A DNA stretch of 62,424 nt, counting the filler. It is 10 parts of 10 records of this genome, joined end to end, with 100 filler letters (N's around TTAATTAATTAA, not from the genome) between each part and the next. Parts side by side here need not be neighbours in the genome. Positions count along the whole stretch, not along the records: positions 1 to 16,974 come from SRR7504441_606; positions 17,075 to 21,728 come from SRR7504441_608; 8 more parts are not named here. The stretch is one strand, 5' to 3'. Positions 12,401 through 21,828 of this stretch are shown piece by piece. Under the pieces are notes generated by a model. That model was not told where the DNA came from and did no database searches. It worked only from the letters and a program-made list of their open reading frames with translations. Position numbers and translations under genes: made by a program. Position 1 is the first letter of the stretch; each line of letters starts with the position of its first letter.

Positions 12401-12563
12401 TGCATTCCGGCTCGATTTCAACGAGTTCTACAGTCAAAAGTACCAAGTGAGGGTCGAATCTGGGCTGCAGTTGGATGCCAAACGGATGGAGGAAGCCGCA
12501 TCGGCGCAACAGGCACAACTGCAGCTAAGCAACGAGTTCAAGTCAGACCAGCTCGGAGCTTGA
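9460..12563 (+). CDS. TUBGCP3: Gamma-tubulin complex component 3 (Spc98 family), many short introns in the 5' two-thirds
   Basis: Spliced: SESALLRDVIFALQGIDG, ELSDYYKLIAILESQ, RRLFVWIQEPLERMK, GGALASKVHSFLQHGDP, YLLLGQGDFIQYLM, GWDVFSLEY, FRLDFNEFY. Confidence 0.92.
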
Positions 12564-12963
12564 GATGCATTATGCTCCTTACTCCAGACCTGCGCAAGCT
12601 TGCTAATGTATGGGCTTGCCGCACCCAAAGAACCAAGGTTCCCGATCATGCCAACTACATGTAATTTTATAACAATGAAAAGTCATCCATGTAAACATTA
12701 AACGTCGATTTCCTTCAATGTTATCAAACAGAGTTTATAATTACTTAAATAAGGTGTCTTTGTCACGGTCTTTTAAGATCGTTTTAGGTAGTTTTAGGTT
12801 GCACGATTGATTTGTATGTACAAGATTGCTCAGATCGACAAAGAAAAGTAACTCACCATGGTTCCAACTGTAGAAAGCATATAGAAAGCTGAATTCATAC
12901 AAGGACCCCATCAATTTATCATTATGCTGGCTTGTCGACTTCATCTCTGAATCAGTAACAACT

Positions 12964-14793
12964 TCATTGCCACCAAAGTGCGAGCGCTGCAGCCACTAGG
13001 AGCACCAGTGTTGTTAGCCCCGGCCTTAGACCACATGTTCCACACACAGTATCCATGGAGTAGACTCCCTCAGCATGTACCTTGGCGGCCAATGCAGCAG
13101 TGAGGTCTTTGGTCTGGGTACCAAGATAGAGGGCGTTCTTTGCAGCATTGGGTCGATGGTACTGCATGTAGTAAGTCTGATGGGTCGCCGTATTACCAAC
13201 AGATGTCTGATCATATCCGATACTTGACAAAATGGGGCAGTTAGCAAGGTTGCAGTTAATAAGATCCTTGACCAAAGTCGATCCAGCGCTGCCTCCGTCC
13301 GTTGAACAGCTACTGCATTGGCCCAATTGAGTCTTAATACCACTGGCCCTTGCTGTGACCTTGAGCGAGGTCAAGGTGATCTTAGCCAGTTTAGAGCACT
13401 CGCAATAGTCCGGATGTGCCGCAACACACGTGCACTTGTCCACCTGATTCGCGGGGCAGGCCGACGTCGCAGACTGCGTTGTTCCTGTGCTATCAACATA
13501 CTCTGAGCAGCACGATTGGCCCACTTTCTGGGATGTCAGGAGGCCAAAGCTTGACACATCTTCGTTTAAAGTCGGGTTGATTGCTGCATTAGCCAGGAGA
13601 TCCAAAGTCCCCGCCTCTGAATAAGAGAAGATATTATTCTGCGCACCGCAAAGCTCGGTCATCTTGACGACAGTATCAGCTGAGTTGACTGCTCCGTCGT
13701 TATTCAGGTCAGTAATGTCTTCGACAGTACCGGTAGCCTCAATGGTCATTACGTTGACAACCGCTCCCGTGGCACCGCCGGCCTGAGTGGTTTGTGTGGG
13801 GTAGCCAATGCCTTTAGCAACATAGTCATTCACAGCTCCGCACCCAGGGTAGACTGCAGCACAGGGCCTAGGCCTGGCTCCCGCCAGCCCAACGCATTTG
13901 AGTTCGTCTGCAGAGCTCCCGGAATCGCACGTGCCATACGTGATGCACAAGGGCCACATGGGGCAGTAGGCAGTCTCGTTTGAAGGACACTGATCGTGTG
14001 TGTCTCTCATGCACGTCTTCTTCGGGCATTCGCCAAAGCAGCATTTGGCTTTGCATTGGCAGCCAGCACTGGTACAAGAAGAAGTGGTGTATTCGCAGTA
14101 CTTGTCTCCAGCAGTACATGAGTTGCATCCCGTGGTTGTGTAAGTGCTGCCACTACGACCGGCTGCTGGACACCTGCTCACGGCTCACACACACAGCGCA
14201 CACAAATTGCTGCCTGATGAACTCCTCGCCACTCTGGCACGGGGAGTCGCCCCAGTAAGTAGTGGTCATCTTGTAGGCATTCGGTACACTAAACCTGCGC
14301 AGGCAGCATCAGCGCCGCATCGGACTAGGTGCTTACTGAACGTCCTGGGTGAAAGAGTGGGCTTCGGATGGCACGGCGGTCAGATGGACGGTGCCGGTTG
14401 TGCCCATATCGCTCTGCCGTTGAGGTTAGTGCATGCGCAACACAGCTAGCGCGCGCTAGCCATCCAAGACGCGGGCCAAGTCACCTCGGTGGATTTGCAG
14501 AACGGGTTAACCGCTTCCCCAATCCGCCCGGCCGTGCCGTATTTCCTGCGACACCGCTCAGCCGACCGGCTCTGGCCGGCCCAAGGCGCTCGGGCGCAAG
14601 CAAACGGGTATTAGGACAAGGGGGGGCCCACCATGTGGCGCAGGTGTTAGGAAGCGCGGTGCCGCCTTCCTTGTACCTGGGTGCGCAACAGTCATGCCCC
14701 CGGCCCAAACCCCGCAGCTCACTTGACCGGCATCTGGTAAGCGGCCATCGCCACCCCGGTCGTCGTGAGGAGCAGCACTCGCAAGATTGCCAT
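12964..14793 (-). CDS. Cys-rich secreted or surface protein with C-terminal hydrophobic (GPI-signal-like) tail
   Basis: Signal-like N-terminus MAILRVLLLTTTGVAMAA (ATG 14793), then several short 5' introns. The large last exon is very Cys-rich and ends LTTLVLLVAAALALWWQ*. The 5' exon structure is tentative. Confidence 0.65.
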
Positions 14794-14885
14794 CTTCTAA
14801 TCGTCCGCGTCCGTTGCTGATCACCTTCAGGCTTGATCCAGCGGGTTGCCGGGCTCGTGTACCAGGCAGCTGTGTGTCGAACACC

Positions 14886-16543
14886 ATGGAGGGCAACCTA
14901 TCTCAGCAAGAGGTGGGCCCGGCACCGCCGGCCAGCGAGCGGGCGGTTGAGGTGCGGGCCGCCGAGCTGATGCGCAAGGCCGAGGAGAAGTCAACCAAAA
15001 AGTAACTCGCCGCAGGGCCCGCGGTGTCGGCGGCGACCGTTGCGGGAGAGGTGCTGAGCCGGGGGGCAGGGGGTTCCTAGGCTGGGGGGAGACCAGCAAC
15101 AAGGAGGAGGCCGCGCAGATGTTCCATCAGGCGAGATGGCCTGCCGTGCCTCCGCCAGCTGTGGGGCGGCAGGCGGGCGTGGACTACAAAGTAGCCTCTC
15201 AATGTGCCCCTCCCCCGGCCTGCCGAGCTGAGAGGGCTGGGGCTGGCAGTTGACATGGCCGGCAAGGCGTTCATGCGGTGGGCGCTCCCGGCCGGGTGGT
15301 GGCTCAGCCGGCGGCAGCTGCGCCGAGATGCACTCGGTGCTCAAGAACCAGATCGACGAGAGCTCGGCCTACGTGGAGGCCGCCCAGGCACAAGGGGCCG
15401 GCCCGGCAGCGGCTGAAGGCGGGGCAGGTGTTCAAGCAGTGCGATACGGCCGGTAATCCGCCATCGGGATCGACTGAGCATGTGCATGGCAGCTTCAGTG
15501 AATGCGTACAAGCAGGCCGCAGAGGTCCGTTTCGGCCGGTTCGGTCTGACTGCGGGGCAGATGGCAATGGACATGAACCGGATCTCGCAGGCCGCCAAGC
15601 ACTTTAGGCAGCCTGCGCGGGGTGGGCACTGTCCTCAGCCATCTGCAGGGAGATTGGTGAATTGTATGAGAAAGAATTCCAGTGGCGGAAGGCCACCGAG
15701 GCGCTCAAGAAGGCGGTGGCTGGCTGTGTGGGCCGGGTGCCAGCCGGGGGCAGGCCGAGTTCTTCAACATGGAGAACCAGACCTCCAACGCCAACACTTG
15801 TCTGCTCAAGGCGCCTCCCGCCAACAGGCCCACCCTCAGGGGACCCAGGTGGCCCAGTTCCGGGCTCAGCACCTGGCCAAGGAGGACCCGTCCATGTGGC
15901 CGGCCGCCATCCAGGCGCTGCACCCGGCCGGTGTGGCTGAGCCCATCGGGCAGATATTCGAGAAGATCGGCAAGGAGTCGGCCTGCAACAACTTGCTCAA
16001 GTACAGGTGCCCGCCCCCCGCCGCGCAGCCGACCGCCCCACCAGCGCTAAGAAGTATTTCTTCGCTGCCGGCCTGTGCCGGCTTGCGGCGGGCCAGTCGA
16101 TGAACGAGGTGCCTAGCACACTTTGGGCTGCTCACTCGCAGGCAGGTGCAAGATGCGCTCAACGAGTACCAAGTGCCCCCCAAACCGGCCTGGCCCGACC
16201 GTCTGGCAGATCCAGGACGTTTCGTTCAAGCAGCAGCGCGAGAACGAGCTGCTCGAGAGTTTAGTCCAGGCAGTAGACGAGAGCAACGAGGAGCTCTTCC
16301 AGCAGAAGCTCTCCCAGTGCCGGGCGGCGGGCGGCCAGGCCGAGCTGGGGCAGGTACGACAACCTGACCAAGCTGGACCAGTTCCAGACCTCCGTGTGCC
16401 TCCAGATCAAGCGGAACATGGCACACGTGGACCTGGACGCTGTGATGGGCGGCGGACAGGCAGCCCGCCCGCCCGCCCAGCTGAGCCCGAGCCGGCAGGC
16501 CAACCCGGGGGCGGACAATGCCAACGACGATCAGTTGTGTTGA
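14886..16543 (+). CDS. NAPA: Alpha-soluble NSF attachment protein (about 17 introns)
   Basis: Spliced: RAAELMRKAEEK...KEEAAQMFHQAG...QAAKHFREIGELYE...AAEFFNMENQTSNANTCLLKVA...NNLLKYSAKKYFFAAGLCRLA...YDNLTKLD...DDQLC. Confidence 0.9.
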
Positions 16544-16927
16544 GCGGCCGTAGCAAGCCCCAATTTAAGATTCGGGTGAGCTGATCTCCGGATCTTGGCC
16601 ATAGCTCGCGTCGCTAAGCCTACTAGCATCCGGTGACCTATGAATTAATTAATTGATCGATCCATCGTCCTTCGCCAGACTGTATTTTACTACTAGAGTA
16701 CCACGAGCAGACTTTGTGAGCCACCTTTGAGACGATCATAGCAACCGAGCACTAACTGAGCGCCTGCGACAATATCGGCGCTTGTTACACTGATCAATGG
16801 ATTGTGCGCTCGCTCAAATATGTGAATTGTTTAATTATCCTTGAATTGGCGGGACACATAAGGTGCCAGCCACTAACTGAGCTGCCCTGTGCCTGATCCG
16901 GCCCAAGCCCGGCCCCAGTCCGGTCGA

Positions 16928-16974
16928 TCAGTCGTCGTCCTCGTCCTCGTCAGGCTTTGGCAAGTTATCTTTGA
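16928..16974 (-). CDS. 3' end fragment of a gene (KDNLPKPDEDEDDD*) cut by the contig end
   Basis: Short acidic C-terminal reading frame ending in TGA, followed by an AT-richer UTR. Confidence 0.35.
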
Positions 16975-17074
16975 NNNNNNNNNNNNNNNNNNNNNNNNNN
17001 NNNNNNNNNNNNNNNNNNTTAATTAATTAANNNNNNNNNNNNNNNNNNNNNNNNNNNNNNNNNNNNNNNNNNNN
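16975..17074. other. Artificial contig-joining linker (44 N + TTAATTAATTAA + 44 N)
   Basis: Identical 100-nt spacers with stops in all six frames also at 21729-21828, 25079-25178, 28832-28931, 32513-32612, 35728-35827, 39002-39101, 45699-45798 and 58693-58792. Confidence 0.98.
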
Positions 17075-17350
17075 CTTTTTTAAGTTTTGCTTTTTAAGTT
17101 TTGGCGATTAACCCTCGTATTGCGGTATTGATCTACTTCATAGTACGATAGGTTCTAGAACAGGTCAGGACAGAGTGTTCTACGAGTACTCACAAGACAG
17201 GCCAAGGTCACGACACCGCTCAGAACCCTGCCAACGAACAGATTGTCTAATGTGCGCTCAGACCCCACCGCCCGCCCCACCCAAGCTACAGCCGTAGCTG
17301 GGGGCTGGCCATGGGGGCATATAACGGCCAACGAACAGACACCCTGACCA

Positions 17351-18101
17351 ATGCACTGGGCAGCGCTCACGGCGCTGGTCGGCTGCGCGTCAGCGGGTCG
17401 GCCGGTGCTGTTTGGGATCGACGTGGTCGCTTACCAGAGCCTGCAGCCATCGGCGCCCGGCGTGTTCGGCGACCCAGCCAAGTTCTCGGCTGAGCTTACC
17501 ACCTCGGTCGGCAACTCGTCGGCCAACTACACCTTCGCCTTCGTGAGCGAGCAAAACCGGCAGCGCTTCCTGGCCGACCCGTGGCGCTACGCCCCCAAGT
17601 ACGGCGGGTTCTGATCGGTGACTCGGCCCCATCCCGGCCGCTGAGCATGGGCAGCACGGAGTCCAATCCGAAACAAAGGATCAAGGCTGGCCGTGGGCGG
17701 TGGGGCACATGGGCCCGCCCGGCGGCCCGGCCGACTCGTGGGCGGTGTACAACGGATCGCTCTACCTGAACTTCATGCCGAGCATTCGGGACAAGTTCTT
17801 TAGCCAGCCCGCGGCCAACATCCGGGCGGCCGACCAGCGCTGGATCGGCTGGTGGGGCAGCCTGCGGGCCGGCCCGTTCAACACCGACTGCCTGGCCGAG
17901 ACCTGGAGCGGATACCCGTGCACCGACTACCCGCAGCCGATCCCGCCCCAGTGCGCCAACAGGTGCGACGAGCCAAGCTGGAGCGCCGCATGCTCAAACC
18001 AGAAGTGCGAAGAGCTGGTCAAGCAGTATCCATGCGAGCAGCACTACTGCTTCAACTGCAGCTGGAGCGGCTGGTGCGACAAGCAGTGCGGCGTGTGCTA
18101 G
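17351..18101 (+). CDS. Secreted YHS-domain selenoprotein candidate (Sec = TGA 17612-17614; intron 17618-17654; 237 aa)
   Basis: GIDVVAY...FAFVSEQNRQRFLADPWRYAPKYGGF-TGA-S. After a 37-nt GT-AG intron the frame continues HGV...WAVYNGSLYLNF...IRAADQRW, completing the YHS-type domain. SECIS in the 3' UTR. Confidence 0.88.
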
Positions 18102-18123
18102 ACTATTCTTGCACAGGGTCACG

Positions 18124-18180
18124 GCATGAATGACGAGGCACACTCAAAGCTCCTAGAGCGGTGTGCCTCCGAACATAAGC
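18124..18180 (+). promoter_or_regulatory. Eukaryotic SECIS element, form II
   Basis: ATGAC (18130-18134), helix GAGGCACACT pairing with GGTGTGCCTC, unpaired AAA (18146-18148), mini-stem GCTC/GAGC, and CGAA (18170-18173) closing the UGA/GA quartet. It begins about 25 nt after the stop. Confidence 0.88.
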
Positions 18181-18418
18181 AACTGGGCGCAGCGGCTCTG
18201 ATCCCCGTATGTCCTCTTGTTTAGGATGCTACATTCCCTCGTTTTATTGAATTGTCAGTACTTAGATGGATACTACGCCGCGGGTTTGAACTGCCCCAGG
18301 CCAGTTCATTCTACTCACGAGTACTCGTACGCAGTACGTACAAGTTTGTAGCCAGCGGGTTCACTGAACCGGGTTGAGGTTCGTTACTTTGCCGTTTCAG
18401 CGCAAGCACGCTGCACGC

Positions 18419-19759
18419 ATGGACACCACGCTCTTCGCGCTGACCGTGCTGTTATCTTGGGCGCCATCGCCCTGCCGCGCCGGCTCGGGGCCGTCCTCGC
18501 CGCCAGCCAGCTGGTCTGTGCCCTTTGCGCAGCCCGGGTACCAGCGACTGTCGGCCGCCAGCAAGCTATCTCAGCTGATGGCAAAGCTCGAGGGTTCCAA
18601 GGGCGCGTCCGGCCGGTTCCCGGGAGGGAGTGACCTGCTCGGGATCTTCTCGGACAAGACCTCAATGGAGACCTCGCTAGAATTCGAATCCGATCAGCTG
18701 CCCACCGGCAGGCTCAAGTACATCCACTCTGTAGGTGCAGTGGCGCGGGTGGCCTTCCGGCCCGCCAGCGGCACCAAATACACCGGAATATTCGCTGGGG
18801 CCGACACTGGACTGATCCGGATGTCGTCCGCATTGGATCAGGACAAAAGCGCCGAGTATGACCCGAAGGCCCGCACCGGCAAGGCGCTGGCCCCGGGTTT
18901 CGGGCTCAAGTTCCTGCGCGATGGGATCAAGAGCTGCAACCTGGTGGCCATGTACTCGGTGGACGGGCAGGCCAGCCACAACTTCTTCGCCAACAGCTTC
19001 ACTACTCAGATCGGCGACCCGAAGGGCGTCCCAGTGCAAGTGTTGGCACAGAAGTTTGCCACCGCCAAGTCGTCGGGCGGCTGGGTGGGCAAGGTCGGGC
19101 TATCTGACTTCGCCAAGGCTGGACAGGACGGCCAGACGCTGAGCGCCCCGCAGTTTCCGTTCTATCTCGAGTTTGTCCCGACCGACGAGGTGTCAGGTCT
19201 GTTCTCGGATGCGTACAGTGGCACTTACTACGCCGACCAGCTCGCCTCACTCAAATCGGGCACTGCGCTGTACCAAGTGCGGGCGATAGACAAGCCGGGT
19301 GAGCAAGCGCACCTAATCGGGTCTTTGGTGATGACCTCCGACATGTTCAAGAGCTCCTGGGGCGACCAGCATCTGTTCTTCCAACATCAGGCCTGGCCGG
19401 AGGACACCGAGCTCAAGCCGCACTGGCTCGACAAGGACGCACTCGCGCACTGGGGCGACCACTTTGTCAACGGCGCGGCCTCCCCGCTCCAGACCAAGCC
19501 TGTAGTGGCCTCCATCTTTGCCAGCCCGGTATACAATGCGGCGTTCAAGGCGGCTGCCACCGCCGCAAACCTGGCAAAGCCGAACCTGCCTCGCACGCTG
19601 GCCGAGGCCAAGTCCAGCTGCCCGTTTGCGGAGAGGCTGTTGCAGCGGCATGAGGCCCAGCGGGCTGAGCTCGACAAGTCACTGGAGAAGTCGCTGGCAC
19701 AGTGCTCTGTAGCGCATTCGAGCCAGGCCGAAGAGGAGCAGTGGAAGGAAGCAGCGTGA
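18419..19759 (+). CDS. Secreted catalase-like heme-binding superfamily protein (intronless)
   Basis: Signal peptide. KYIHSVG (distal His), YTGIF...GLIRMS, APGFGLKF and NLVAM (Asn) follow the catalase-core motif order. Confidence 0.65.
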   Translation: MDTTLFALTVLLSWAPSPCRAGSGPSSPPASWSVPFAQPGYQRLSAASKLSQLMAKLEGSKGASGRFPGGSDLLGIFSDKTSMETSLEFESDQLPTGRLKYIHSVGAVARVAFRPASGTKYTGIFAGADTGLIRMSSALDQDKSAEYDPKARTGKALAPGFGLKFLRDGIKSCNLVAMYSVDGQASHNFFANSFTTQIGDPKGVPVQVLAQKFATAKSSGGWVGKVGLSDFAKAGQDGQTLSAPQFPFYLEFVPTDEVSGLFSDAYSGTYYADQLASLKSGTALYQVRAIDKPGEQAHLIGSLVMTSDMFKSSWGDQHLFFQHQAWPEDTELKPHWLDKDALAHWGDHFVNGAASPLQTKPVVASIFASPVYNAAFKAAATAANLAKPNLPRTLAEAKSSCPFAERLLQRHEAQRAELDKSLEKSLAQCSVAHSSQAEEEQWKEAA

Positions 19760-20144
19760 TGGCCGGTGCGCCATGCAGTGCCTGCTCACGCTCAATCCGC
19801 ACTGTTCAAACGTCAATAAGTATGAAGAGCGCCTATCGTTTTCATGCATGCATTGTAAGTCTCCAGTAATATACTTGAGAGTAAAAGATATAATAAAGCT
19901 CATCTCTTCGTTACCAATTCAGGATTACACTAAATTCACACCAAATAATTAATTTAGGGGAACCGCTCGAGCTAGCCCGAGCCCCGAACACTCTTTCATA
20001 ATCATTCGGCCTCCGCTGCCTGTATCTGCATCCCCGGCCCAGGCCCGCTCACGGCTGCTGTACGTGGACCGCCCGTACGTAGTTATGCTCCAAATAACTC
20101 CAAATACTCGAGCGTTCGTGCACGTTATCATTGCGCACCGTCGA

Positions 20145-21317
20145 TTACAACGGACCGTCATAAAACTTGTGCTGTCGGAGTGAGGCCACTGTGTCTTTGA
20201 TCGTGTCCTCAAGGGGGCTGAACTGCATACCCAGCCGCTCGAGCTTGCCGTTAGAATAGAGCGTCGGGTGCGGCGGCAGGGCTCCCATCGTGGCGGCCGG
20301 CAGTGTCTCGCTGAGCTCCGTTGGCACTGGACTGGCAGGCTCGAGTTGCCGGAGCAAGCCAGCCACCTCAGACCAGTGCGGGCAGCCGCCGATGCACAGG
20401 TGTCGGCCCGGACTGCGCTGCTCGAACGCGAGCAGGTGGGCCAGGGCTACGTCCTTAACGTCGACCAGCGCCTTGCACTCGTTGGGCACCTGCTGCTTGT
20501 CGCCATTCAGGAAGCTGAGCACTGCCTTACTGCTCGTGTTGAGCACAGGGCTCACCATCTCGCCCAGGATCAGCGGCGGCTGCACCGTGGACAGTCCCAT
20601 CGCCGGGTGCTCGGCCGCAAACTCAAGCGCGGCCCGCTCTGCCAACGTTTTGCTCAGTGCGTACCAGCTGCTGTGCTCGCGCAGCTCCTCCGGCTCACTC
20701 CAGTCAGCCTCAGTATACACGTGCCCGAGTCCTTTCCGCCCGTAGTCCACGTACACGCAAGCGGTGGAGGCCGTGACCACCACGTGCCCAACCCCGGCCT
20801 CGAGCGCCGCCTGGAGCACCCCCCGCGTCCCGCCCACCGCCGGCTCACACAGTGAGGCCTCGTCGTACGGCTCGCCCTGCGCGTTGGCGCTCGAGTTGTT
20901 GGTCCCTCCAACGAAGAAGGGCGAGGCGGTGTGGAACAGCCCGTCGCAGCCCTCGAGCGCCGGCCCGAAGCTGTCGGGCGCGAGGAGGTTCGCCTCAAAC
21001 AGCCGCAGCCTGTCGGCCGCCTGGGGCATGGAGAGCAAGTGCTGGTTCCGGGCCGGGCTGGCGTCCCGGACCGTCCCGTTCACCGCGTAGCCCCGGCTGA
21101 GCAGCAGCCGGACCAGCGCCGAGCCGAAGAAGCCATTCGCGCCGGTTACGCACACGCGGCCTTCTACCCGCTCCGGACCTGGGGTAGCGTCGGGGCTGCC
21201 CATCCAGGACTGGTACGGGCGCTGCATCTTGCCGCTGGGGAACTGCCGGGCGCCCGGCGCTGCGGGCAGCCCCAGGTGGATCCGCCGCCGGTGATGCATC
21301 ATCTCCCGCTGATACAT
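20145..21317 (-). CDS. NAD(P)-dependent epimerase/dehydratase, cinnamoyl-CoA reductase/DFR-like
   Basis: VCVTGANGFFGS, GLFHTASPF, WYALSKTLAE, VDVKDVALAH. Start codon uncertain. Confidence 0.9.
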   Translation of the reverse strand: MYQREMMHHRRRIHLGLPAAPGARQFPSGKMQRPYQSWMGSPDATPGPERVEGRVCVTGANGFFGSALVRLLLSRGYAVNGTVRDASPARNQHLLSMPQAADRLRLFEANLLAPDSFGPALEGCDGLFHTASPFFVGGTNNSSANAQGEPYDEASLCEPAVGGTRGVLQAALEAGVGHVVVTASTACVYVDYGRKGLGHVYTEADWSEPEELREHSSWYALSKTLAERAALEFAAEHPAMGLSTVQPPLILGEMVSPVLNTSSKAVLSFLNGDKQQVPNECKALVDVKDVALAHLLAFEQRSPGRHLCIGGCPHWSEVAGLLRQLEPASPVPTELSETLPAATMGALPPHPTLYSNGKLERLGMQFSPLEDTIKDTVASLRQHKFYDGPL

Positions 21318-21828
21318 GGTGGCCGGTGCTGTGTGTAACGGACGGACGGAGTCCGGACCCCCCTGGCACGCGCTGTCTGATGACGCGCTGGCGATGATAA
21401 GCCTCGATGGAGGAAGACAAGAGCCGAGGCTGCCTCCCTCGACGGATCAAGTGGCTCGACAGACCAGCTTGCCCGGCCAACCCGCCGGGCAGCTGCAGGG
21501 TGCGCTGGATCCGAGCGGCACGGCGCGGGCGGCGCTCCGGTCGCTCAAGGACCTGCTCGACCAGGCTGACCTCGCCGGCGCGGGCGGGCTGGACAGCGAG
21601 GCTCTGACGGTGCGCCAGCCCCAGGGCCGCGGGCTGAACGGCTGGGCAGGGCTGCTTGGGGTCGATTGATACTGAGCTGGAGCGTGCCCAAACCCAGGTG
21701 CCGCCACTCGTTCGGGCTGCCTTGTCATNNNNNNNNNNNNNNNNNNNNNNNNNNNNNNNNNNNNNNNNNNNNTTAATTAATTAANNNNNNNNNNNNNNNN
21801 NNNNNNNNNNNNNNNNNNNNNNNNNNNN

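Noticed and set aside
14886-16543. Introner-type transposon origin of the uniform short introns
   Set aside because: The introns share length and GC richness, but I see no mutual sequence identity, terminal inverted repeats or target-site duplications.
16750-16882. 12-bp direct repeat CACTAACTGAGC (16750 and 16871)
   Set aside because: Only two copies in a UTR or intergenic region, with no array or element structure. Not CRISPR.
17612-17614. Genome-wide UGA reassignment or a pseudogene as explanation for the in-frame TGA
   Set aside because: HIRA, GCP3, alpha-SNAP and RABL2 end normally on TGA. This TGA sits at a conserved Cys column and has a SECIS.
21316-21728. Possible plus-strand gene whose ATG overlaps the epimerase ATG
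   Set aside because: Short, no recognisable motif, cut by the contig end, and both start codons are uncertain.
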